Position numbers and translations under genes: made by a program
Shown here: piece by piece, positions 25,120 to 31,687 of the stretch
Layout: every line of letters begins with the position of its first letter
How positions within the stretch are numbered: the first letter of the stretch is position 1
IMG/VR virus record: IMGVR_UViG_3300009709_000007
Coordinates: 1 to 46,787 of that record
Direction: 5' to 3' (one strand)
DNA from: a virus
DNA length: 46,787 bases
Notes under the pieces: generated by a model
The model's database searches: none
Told to the model about the DNA's origin: nothing
What the model saw: the letters and a program-made list of their open reading frames with translations, nothing else

Positions 25120-25355
25120 GCGTGGGTGTCTCCGGCGGTGGGTGGGCGGATCATCTCGGCGGCGTCGTGGCGATGGTCGCCGCGGGACAGGTAGTAGCCG
25201 TGGGCGGCCAGCAGCAGGAAGGCGATCAGCTTGCGGTGCTCGTGCAGGGCCTGGTCGGCGCGATTGGCGAAGTGCCAGGCCCGGCGAAGGTCCGCGACAG
25301 CCTGCTGGTCGATCCAGGAGGCAAGGCCGTGCCGCAACGTGGTGATCGTCTTCAT
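25116..25355 (-). CDS. Hypothetical protein, candidate leaderless gene
   Basis: ATG 25355 (MKTITTL) lies 6 nt downstream of the -10 of promoter 25362-25390. No Shine-Dalgarno is present. Confidence 0.5.
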   Translation of the reverse strand: MKTITTLRHGLASWIDQQAVADLRRAWHFANRADQALHEHRKLIAFLLLAAHGYYLSRGDHRHDAAEMIRPPTAGDTHA

Positions 25356-25361
25356 GGGCAA

Positions 25362-25390
25362 AGGATAGTCCTAGGTAACCGGGATGTCAA
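25362..25390 (-). promoter_or_regulatory. Sigma70-like promoter, conserved-spacer family (internal to the replication module)
   Basis: The reverse complement reads gtgTTGACAtcccGGTTACCTAGGACTATCCT (17-nt spacer), then ttgccc, then ATG. Confidence 0.7.
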
Positions 25391-25440
25391 CACTTAGCGC
25401 GAACGGATCGCACCGCCGCGCCGAGTGTAGACGAACGCCC

Positions 25441-25656
25441 TCACATGTCGTTGACGTTCTGTTCAGCCTGTTCAGCGAGGCGCAGGTTCCGTGCTGCACG
25501 CTTAGCACGCTTCTTCTCGGCCTTGGTCTGCCGTTCCGGGTTGGGTACCGTCCCGCGCCGCGGCGTGATGGGTCCGACGAGCGCGCGCAATGCGTGCTCG
25601 TCGCCTTCGATCGCTGCCGTCGCCAGCAGCATGGCGGCCAGTCCGACGCCGCGCAT
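25441..25656 (-). CDS. Hypothetical basic small protein
   Basis: 71 aa with a Lys/Arg-rich C-terminal half. TAATG stop/start overlap with the upstream gene. Confidence 0.45.
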   Translation of the reverse strand: MRGVGLAAMLLATAAIEGDEHALRALVGPITPRRGTVPNPERQTKAEKKRAKRAARNLRLAEQAEQNVNDM

Positions 25657-25934
25657 TACGACTGCGCTCCCGGCACGGGCGGCAGGAAGTTGCGCGTGTC
25701 CGGGTTGGAGCCGAACACCTCACGGATCACCTCGGCCGTGTAAGTCTTCTCCTGCGGCCAGGGCTTGTCGGGGGTCGGCTTGTAGCCCGTCGGGGTCTTC
25801 CAGATACGGGTGACCAGCGAGCAGTCCTTGCCGAGCTTCTGGAGCAGCGGCAGCGGGACCGGCTGGGCGCAGGTCAGCCAGCGGCTGGCCTCCTCGACGG
25901 TGTACAGCTTCGGGGTTTCGGTGGGTGCGTTCAC
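25656..25934 (-). CDS. Hypothetical protein
   Basis: 92-aa ORF, coupled to the upstream gene by a 4-nt overlap. Confidence 0.5.
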   Translation of the reverse strand: MNAPTETPKLYTVEEASRWLTCAQPVPLPLLQKLGKDCSLVTRIWKTPTGYKPTPDKPWPQEKTYTAEVIREVFGSNPDTRNFLPPVPGAQS

Positions 25935-26158
25935 AGGATCAGCTCCAGTTCGTTGCGTTGCATTGCCCAGTTGCGGCGATCAGTTTCCTTGCAGTAGCGC
26001 AGGCGATCGTCCCACTCCACGTTGATGCGATGGCTACCGGGAAAATCTTCCACGGGTACAAACGTCACCGTGCCCTCGGCGTTGGGCTTGGGCGACACGT
26101 AGAACGGCGTGTAGCCGCCGACGTAGCGCACGCGGTCGCCGACCTTGAAGGCGCTCAC
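25931..26158 (-). CDS. Small FKVGDRVR-motif protein (paralog B)
   Basis: MSAFKVGDRVRYV...VEWDD...ELELIL. It shares its N-terminal motif, length and C-terminal ELI with the adjacent gene. Confidence 0.6.
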   Translation of the reverse strand: MSAFKVGDRVRYVGGYTPFYVSPKPNAEGTVTFVPVEDFPGSHRINVEWDDRLRYCKETDRRNWAMQRNELELIL

Positions 26159-26379
26159 GGGATCAGCTCCAGCAGGTCAGCATCTACCGCGCAGACGTCA
26201 TACTCGCCGACGCCGCGCAGGCGGGAGCGCGGTTCTACCACATCCCACCGTACATCGGGCAACGTGGCATCGTCGTCTATAATGGTGCCGATAGCGCCTT
26301 TAGGGACAATAGCCTCGCAACTGAGATATTCGAGGTGGCGTAGTAATCGTACCCGGTCACCGACCTTGAAGACGTTCAT
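26155..26379 (-). CDS. Small FKVGDRVR-motif protein (paralog A)
   Basis: MNVFKVGDRVRLL...VRWDV...LLELIP. It is a tandem paralog of 25931-26158. Confidence 0.6.
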   Translation of the reverse strand: MNVFKVGDRVRLLRHLEYLSCEAIVPKGAIGTIIDDDATLPDVRWDVVEPRSRLRGVGEYDVCAVDADLLELIP

Positions 26380-26600
26380 GCGTCACCCCGCGGCACATAG
26401 GGTATCAGCAACTCCACGAATTCCTTAGCGTTCTCTCGCAAGCAGGAAATCAGCGAATCTTCATCGATTTCACCGTACACGGTGATCGATCCGAGCAGCG
26501 CGCGGAACTTGGCATCTTCAGCCAGCTGCGCCGCTTTCTTCGCGTCCAGCAGCTCTCGCAGCTTGTCTTCCTGCGCTACGGTCCAACGATCCTCAGCCAT
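26376..26600 (-). CDS. Hypothetical small protein
   Basis: Start trimmed to ATG 26600 (MAEDRWTV), which has a gaggtg RBS and lies downstream of the promoter at 26636-26663. Confidence 0.55.
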   Translation of the reverse strand: MAEDRWTVAQEDKLRELLDAKKAAQLAEDAKFRALLGSITVYGEIDEDSLISCLRENAKEFVELLIPYVPRGDA

Positions 26601-29085
26601 ATTGCACCTCGTTTGTGGGTTGTTCGGTAAGCGCGATCTTAGCATTTTCTTGCAGCATGTCAACAAAGGCCGGCGGGGCTTCGTAATAGCGCATACCCTT
26701 GGCATCGCAGCCCGCCTGCCAGCCGCGGGCCTTGAGCCAGCGGGCGACCTCCTGGGCCGAGAAGCGGCGCCCGGTGATCTGCACGTCCAGCGCGACGCGC
26801 AAGGCGGCGGACAGCACGCGCCAGTGGTTGCTGACGCGTGCGGCGGAGCGCTCGAGGATCGGCGGGAGGATGTCGTCCAGGTCCGACACCGGCAGGCCCA
26901 CGCCGTTGCGCATGGCCTCCTCGTTGAAGGCGCGCACCGCGTCGGAAGCTTCGCGCACGAGGGCCAGGTAATGCTCGTAGTCGGTGCAGAACCGCGCCTT
27001 AGCCTCGGCGACGATCTGGGCGACGTCCACGGCCCAGTTCGGGCTGGGCGACTGCATGACCCAGACGGGCATCAGGCGGCGCTCGCCGGTCTCGTCGCGG
27101 TAAATCTCCGGCTTGTTGGCCGTGCCGACCAGCGCGAAGCGGCGCGGGTGCGACTGCTCTTTTCGGCCGTAGGGCGTGCGGAAGACGTCCTGCGTGTCGG
27201 TGATCCAGTGCTTGACCTCTTCCACGTCGCGCTTGCCGTGCCCAGCCATCTCGGCGAGCTCGGCCACCGGGGAGCGCGCGGCGGCCATGGACATGCGACG
27301 CACGTCGCCGAACGGGAGCTCGGTCGGTGCCGGGAAACCCAGCGTCGTCGCGAACTGCTTGACCCACAGGCTTTTGCCCGGGCCCTGCTTGCCGATCAGC
27401 ACCGGCACGATAGGCGCTGGCGCGCCCGGGCGCAGCTGGCGCATGACCATGCCGGCGACGAACGCGCGTGCGGCGTAGGTCAGCGCCGTGCTGGGCAACG
27501 CGCCGAAAATGTCGGAGAACATCTCGTCCAGCCGATCCACGCCGTCCCACTGCGGCAGGGCCAGGATGGCATCCTTCCACGGGTCCACCGGATTGCTGGC
27601 AGCCAGGTGGTCGCGGGCGCGCTCCACGGTACCGTCGGAGACCTGCGAACAGCCCACGTGCGTCAGCGCGGCCAGCCACGCCGAGACGGAGGGGCCATCG
27701 GTAGGCAGCACCTCCTCGAGGCACACGTCCAGCGCCAGCTCGATATCGGCGGCACGCGCCAGGTGGTCCATGGCGAACATCACGTTGCGCAGCGAGTTAC
27801 GTTTCTTGTCGCCGCGGTCGGGCCATTCCTCGAAGGTGCCGCGCAGGCGCTCGGCGGCCAGTTCGAGCGGCGTGGATGGCTCATGCGCATGCGCGTCGGC
27901 GAACTCGAAGAATTCCTGAAGCTTGTGCGACCAGATGCCGGGCTTGCCGCGCATCGTGACGATTTCGGCCTTGCCAAGGTGTCCGGGCTTCAGGTCCGGG
28001 CGGAAGGTGTCGAAGGGGTCGGCGCACGTGCGCCCGAGCGCGCTGGAAAGGTTGTCCAGCACCTGCTCGACGGTGATAACCGGCTCGACGCCCGCGACGC
28101 GCAGCGGCCAGGACAGTGGCAGGCGGCGGTCACCCAGCGCGCGCAGCGCCAGCACGCCCAGGCGGTCGCCATCCTCGCGCCCAGCGGCCAGCGCGTTGCC
28201 GCGGTGATAGTCCAGCGCGACACGCTTGGCCTCCACGCGCAGGCGATCCTTGGCCTGGCGCACGGCCGCGTCGAAGCGACGGCGGGCGATGTCGGTAACG
28301 GCAGGCAGTTCCTGCACGTCCAGCCAGCCCTCGGGTGTCTTGTACCTGGCGACCTTGGTCAGGACTTCCGGTGCGCGGTGCACCCACGCCTGATCGGCGG
28401 GCACGTCACGCACGACACCCTCGGCCAGCTTGGGATGGGCTTCGAACATCAGCCGCGAGGACTGGTAGACCGTTGCGTCCGACAACTGGCGCACCAAGAG
28501 GGCACCCGAACGGCTGATCACGATGCGGCCGCGTCCGGCCGCCCACTGGTCCAGCTGGATACGCTTGCCCAGATCGGGAATGTCGGACCCCCGAGTCACG
28601 GGCACGTAGACATGCACGCCGCGTAGGCCGCGGCCACCGACGAACGACGAGGACGAGGGGCGCGCGGCGCGCGCGACGTGGCGCAGCCACGGTGAGGTGG
28701 CCTCCAAGGCGTCCAGAACGTCCGCAACCGTGTTGTAGACACCCGTGTCGGTGTCCACGTCGATTGGGAAGAATGCAGGCCCATCGAGGTAGCGAAAGGC
28801 TTCATTGGTCCGAGCGACGGCCTGAGGATTGAAGTCGGCGCCCTTGCGCGTCGTCAGCGGCGTGTCGCCCACGAGCGGCACGCCCAGGGTGATAGCCTGG
28901 TGGTCCGTAAGGGAGTCCAGCAGTGTGCGCAGACCGTCCAAGTCGGGCACTTCGCGAATGCTCGCGTGGCCCTGGGTCATGTGGGCAATGGCGGAACTCG
29001 TAATGTTTCCGCTGTCGTTCAGTTCAAAAGTTTTGGTCATCTCGCAGGAAGCGGAGGTGACGACTGTCAAGCGTGGGCTTGCCAT
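26593..29085 (-). CDS. DNA primase/helicase, VirE (virulence-associated protein E)-like
   Basis: 830 aa. P-loop LIGKQGPGKSLW lies in the C-terminal half, and a large N-terminal domain is present. The size and its co-occurrence with PolA, DUF2815 and DUF2800-like genes fit VirE-type primases (recall). Confidence 0.75.
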   Translation of the reverse strand: MASPRLTVVTSASCEMTKTFELNDSGNITSSAIAHMTQGHASIREVPDLDGLRTLLDSLTDHQAITLGVPLVGDTPLTTRKGADFNPQAVARTNEAFRYLDGPAFFPIDVDTDTGVYNTVADVLDALEATSPWLRHVARAARPSSSSFVGGRGLRGVHVYVPVTRGSDIPDLGKRIQLDQWAAGRGRIVISRSGALLVRQLSDATVYQSSRLMFEAHPKLAEGVVRDVPADQAWVHRAPEVLTKVARYKTPEGWLDVQELPAVTDIARRRFDAAVRQAKDRLRVEAKRVALDYHRGNALAAGREDGDRLGVLALRALGDRRLPLSWPLRVAGVEPVITVEQVLDNLSSALGRTCADPFDTFRPDLKPGHLGKAEIVTMRGKPGIWSHKLQEFFEFADAHAHEPSTPLELAAERLRGTFEEWPDRGDKKRNSLRNVMFAMDHLARAADIELALDVCLEEVLPTDGPSVSAWLAALTHVGCSQVSDGTVERARDHLAASNPVDPWKDAILALPQWDGVDRLDEMFSDIFGALPSTALTYAARAFVAGMVMRQLRPGAPAPIVPVLIGKQGPGKSLWVKQFATTLGFPAPTELPFGDVRRMSMAAARSPVAELAEMAGHGKRDVEEVKHWITDTQDVFRTPYGRKEQSHPRRFALVGTANKPEIYRDETGERRLMPVWVMQSPSPNWAVDVAQIVAEAKARFCTDYEHYLALVREASDAVRAFNEEAMRNGVGLPVSDLDDILPPILERSAARVSNHWRVLSAALRVALDVQITGRRFSAQEVARWLKARGWQAGCDAKGMRYYEAPPAFVDMLQENAKIALTEQPTNEVQYG
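26636..26663 (-). promoter_or_regulatory. Sigma70-like promoter embedded in the 3' end of the primase gene
   Basis: The reverse complement reads TTGACA-tgctgcaagaaaatgc(16)-TAAGAT. It lacks the conserved TTACC spacer motif. Confidence 0.55.
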
Positions 29086-29115
29086 GGTGGGTCCTGTGGC
29101 ATGTGGGTGGGTAGC

Positions 29116-29439
29116 TTAGCTCAGATTGCCGGGCGTCTGGTCAAGTCCGATGAAATAGTAGCCTGTAGGGCCGCGACGTTGTACGGGAAAGACTTTGGCG
29201 AGTTGTCGCCCTAGGTTGACCAGTTCGCCGTGCGTCGCGCGTCGCTGGCGAATAGCCTCGAACAGCGACTTGGCGGTAAACCAGCCGTGCACGTTGGCTC
29301 GCAATTTGTCCAGTTCGTGAGGTTGAAACACAGCAGCGCTGCAAGCGCCTTTGTTGGCGATCAGATAGTGACCACCGTGTGTGCGGTTGAACGCTGCGGC
29401 CGTCTCGATCGCCTGCGCGAGGATGTCGGTAGTTTCCAT
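29116..29439 (-). CDS. Hypothetical protein, first gene of the replication module
   Basis: Start trimmed to ATG 29439 (METTDIL), which has an aaggac RBS and lies downstream of the promoter at 29467-29495. Confidence 0.55.
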   Translation of the reverse strand: METTDILAQAIETAAAFNRTHGGHYLIANKGACSAAVFQPHELDKLRANVHGWFTAKSLFEAIRQRRATHGELVNLGRQLAKVFPVQRRGPTGYYFIGLDQTPGNLS

Positions 29440-29466
29440 AGGAGTCCTTGGTTTGAGTGCGCGATT

Positions 29467-29495
29467 ACAATACATGCAACCATCTTAGCGGTCAA
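29467..29495 (-). promoter_or_regulatory. Sigma70-like leftward promoter of the replication module
   Basis: The reverse complement reads TTGACC-gctaagatggttgcatg(17)-TATTGT. It lies just left of the AT-rich element. Confidence 0.6.
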
Positions 29496-29504
29496 CCACG
29501 TAAC

Positions 29505-29761
29505 CGTCTCGTCTATCGTGAACTTCCATCTCATCACCATCTTGACCAAATCTTTAGGAAAGACAGAGGAACAGAGGATATTTTCTACTTTCTTATATTT
29601 AATATATTTCTATAAATAGTAGTGTAGGGATAGATATTTATATATATACAGGTGTTTTCGCATATAGAGAAAAGTTTGAAGAATCGTCATCTGTCCTCTG
29701 TTCGTCTGTTCGTCTGTTACATTTGAAACTAATTCAAACACGCGTTTGAGACCAAAGTAGT
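29505..29761. repeat. AT-rich junction element, copy 1 (~257 bp, ~32% GC by hand count)
   Basis: Aligns without gaps to 46531-46785. Positions 29540-29761 are identical to 46566-46785 except for one extra TA. It contains inverted 8-mer iterons, a (TA)5 run and a TTTGAA-N5-TTCAAA dyad. Confidence 0.95.
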
Positions 29762-29789
29762 AGCTTCTGACGCCCGGCACGGATACGAT
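29761..29789 (+). promoter_or_regulatory. Candidate rightward promoter of module 3: weak -35 tagctt, 17-nt spacer, -10 TACGAT ending 6 nt before ATG 29796
   Basis: Same geometry as 118-146. No Shine-Dalgarno precedes the ATG. Confidence 0.3.
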
Positions 29790-29795
29790 TGGCGC

Positions 29796-30179
29796 ATGGA
29801 CACCCTGCGCCTCGACAACGACTCTTGGGACCTCACGCTGGACGTCTGGGGCAACCTGGCGACGGCCGGTGACGCTACACCCGAGTCAGAGAGCACAGGA
29901 CCGGGCATGCGTCTCGCGCAAGACGTCGCCTGTCGCGTGCGGTCGTGGAAGGGCGAGGTGTATTTCGACACGGCACAGGGCATTGACTATCCGCGCTACC
30001 TCGGCGGCCCGCCCAACCTGTCACTGCTTCAGGCGGCCTTCGCGCAGGAAGCGCTCAACGTGCCCGGCTGCTTGACCGCGTTGCCCGACTTCCACTTCAT
30101 CGGCGGATCGGATCGAGCGGTCACAGGCACCATCACACTATCCGATACGGCCGGCAACGGCTCGCAGGTGACGCTATGA
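29796..30179 (+). CDS. Putative baseplate/tail protein
   Basis: 127 aa, first gene of the tail module. The N-terminal pattern (DNDSWDLTLD..GNLA..) resembles small baseplate proteins by recall. Confidence 0.4.
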   Translation: MDTLRLDNDSWDLTLDVWGNLATAGDATPESESTGPGMRLAQDVACRVRSWKGEVYFDTAQGIDYPRYLGGPPNLSLLQAAFAQEALNVPGCLTALPDFHFIGGSDRAVTGTITLSDTAGNGSQVTL

Positions 30180-30505
30180 GCTTCACCGAGATTCCCGTGC
30201 AGGCGGTGCCGACGCAAGCGTTCTCCGCCACACTGGACAACGGAACGGCGCAGATCACTCTGACGACCACCGAAGTCGGCCTGCTAGCCGACGTGTTGTA
30301 CGAGGGCGTCCCGGTCGCCAACGGTCGGCTGTGTCTGGATCGCACGAACATCAACCCGGCAACCTATCTAGGCCTACCGCGAGGGCTGTACTTCGTAGAC
30401 CTGCGCGGCACGTCCGATCCGCAATGGGCCGACATGGGGCCTGGCAAGCGCTTCCGGCTGTACTACGGCGACCCCGGTACAGAAGGTGGTACGACCGTCG
30501 CGTGA
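30176..30505 (+). CDS. Putative baseplate/tail protein
   Basis: 109 aa, ATGA-coupled. The IPVQAVPTQAFSATLDN...YFVDLRGTSDP pattern resembles a phage tail/baseplate family by recall. Confidence 0.4.
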   Translation: MSFTEIPVQAVPTQAFSATLDNGTAQITLTTTEVGLLADVLYEGVPVANGRLCLDRTNINPATYLGLPRGLYFVDLRGTSDPQWADMGPGKRFRLYYGDPGTEGGTTVA

Positions 30506-30555
30506 GTGGTAGGCTAGCTGTCGCCGGACTTCCCGGCCTCATAAAGGCTACGACC

Positions 30556-30888
30556 ATGAGCGATAACGACATCGAGCAGTCCATCCAGCACGCCGGCAAG
30601 ACGGCTGCGCGCGTAACACCGCAACAGATCGAAGACACGATCGTAGGTGAGTATTTCGTCACAGGTGCACAGGCAACGTCGGGCTGTCCGCAGCTGCCTG
30701 CGCTGGCTTGCCTGACTATTTGCATTTTGGTGCTGAAGAACGGCTTTACCGTTACTGGCGAGTCGGCGTGCGTTAGCCCTGAGAACTTTGATGAAGCCAT
30801 CGGCCAGCGCATCGCTCGCGAGAATGCGAAGCGCAAAATCTGGCTACTGGAAGGCTACCTGCTGCGGGAGCGCCTCTCGGGCGCTTGA
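30556..30888 (+). CDS. Gp49/Sf6 gp66-like phage protein
   Basis: Starts at ATG 30556 (MSDNDIEQ). The pattern CILVLKNGFTVTGESACVSPENFD..G..IA..NA..KIW.LEGY matches my recollection of the Phage_gp49_66 family. Confidence 0.5.
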   Translation: MSDNDIEQSIQHAGKTAARVTPQQIEDTIVGEYFVTGAQATSGCPQLPALACLTICILVLKNGFTVTGESACVSPENFDEAIGQRIARENAKRKIWLLEGYLLRERLSGA

Positions 30889-30895
30889 CAGCCTC

Positions 30896-30913
30896 GTGTT
30901 CCACGTGGAACAC
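30896..30913. repeat. Perfect 18-bp palindrome gtgttccacgtggaacac
   Basis: Read directly from the sequence. It is centred on CACGTG, 8 nt after the stop at 30888 and upstream of the terminator at 30961. Confidence 0.9.
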
Positions 30914-30960
30914 TTCGCCCTGAGGTATGTGGGTGCCTCGCGTGGGTAGGTATGGGACGA

Positions 30961-31000
30961 GGGCCAAGAAGTCACTCCTTGCTTCTTGGCCCTTTTCTTT
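30961..31000 (+). terminator. Rho-independent terminator
   Basis: Stem gggccaagaag, 10-nt loop, stem cttcttggccc, followed by ttttcttt. Confidence 0.8.
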
Positions 31001-31010
31001 GTCCAGCCTA

Positions 31011-31039
31011 TTGACATGCCGATTACCTACAAGTATCGT
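31011..31039 (+). promoter_or_regulatory. Sigma70-like promoter, conserved-spacer family (plus strand)
   Basis: TTGACAtgccGATTACCTACAAGTATCGT (17-nt spacer), followed by an aaggaa RBS and ATG 31067. Confidence 0.7.
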
Positions 31040-31066
31040 TATCACACCTACAACAAGGAAACACAC

Positions 31067-31687
31067 ATGACCGACAAGACCAGCGCCGCGCCCGTAATGT
31101 CGTTGGACGAACTAGTGGCTATCGAGGGGTACGCCGATGAGTACGGCACAGTAACCGACGAAATGTTGACTAAGCTATTCGACGTCGCAAACGCCCACCT
31201 CAACGCCGCGCCCGTGATCCACATTGAGCGATCAACGCTTGAGTGGTGGCTACAGCTCGTTACGCTGAATCCAAATGATCTGATTCCTCGAATTCAGAGC
31301 AGGCTAGACGCCCCCACCCCCGATGTAGTAGGCGGGGATGTGGAACGCGCGCTCCAGTGGCTGCACGTCCTGGTCACCTCTTCCCATAACCACGACTGGA
31401 AGCGCAACCGCGAGGAATGGGCCGTAATTCGCAGAGCCCTCGCCGCATACAAGAACCTTGCTTCTGCTGCCCCGCGACAGGCTGTGCCGGGTGGGTGGGT
31501 GGAAACCATCCGCGCAGTCGTCGATGCTTTGGACAAAGCCACGGGCGACAGCGATCCGAACATGGATGACGACCTCACCGACGATGAGGTGCGCGAGGAA
31601 TTTCCCGAGGTGTGGGCGATGCAGCAGCTATCCGCCATGCTCGCCGCCGCCCCGTCAGCCGGGCGGATGGGGGTGGATCAATGCTGA
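31067..31687 (+). CDS. Hypothetical acidic protein (promoter-equipped accessory gene)
   Basis: 206 aa from ATG 31067. It lies between a terminator/promoter pair and the tail chaperone candidates. Confidence 0.6.
   Translation: MTDKTSAAPVMSLDELVAIEGYADEYGTVTDEMLTKLFDVANAHLNAAPVIHIERSTLEWWLQLVTLNPNDLIPRIQSRLDAPTPDVVGGDVERALQWLHVLVTSSHNHDWKRNREEWAVIRRALAAYKNLASAAPRQAVPGGWVETIRAVVDALDKATGDSDPNMDDDLTDDEVREEFPEVWAMQQLSAMLAAAPSAGRMGVDQC

Noticed and set aside
26482-28626. 714-aa plus-strand ORF opposite the primase gene
   Set aside because: It is an antisense frame of the VirE-like gene. Its composition is dominated by Arg/Gly/Ala/His with no recognisable motif. The primase frame carries a P-loop and coherent domains.
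29230-29619. ORFs reading into the AT-rich element (29230-29619 and 46448-46645) that share the C-terminus LTKSLGKTEEQRIFSTFLYLIYFYK
   Set aside because: The shared tail is simply the duplicated DNA translated. The upstream parts are unrelated and antisense to real genes or promoters. No RBS is present. A short peptide encoded inside the element cannot be fully excluded, but I see no start codon context supporting it.
29505-29761. The AT-rich duplicated element as a CRISPR array, MITE or IS remnant
   Set aside because: There are only two genomic copies, with no spacer-repeat periodicity. I saw no terminal inverted repeats at the element boundaries, no target-site duplications and no transposase. 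Both copies occupy functionally equivalent positions between divergent operons, which points to a cis-acting functional element rather than a mobile one.
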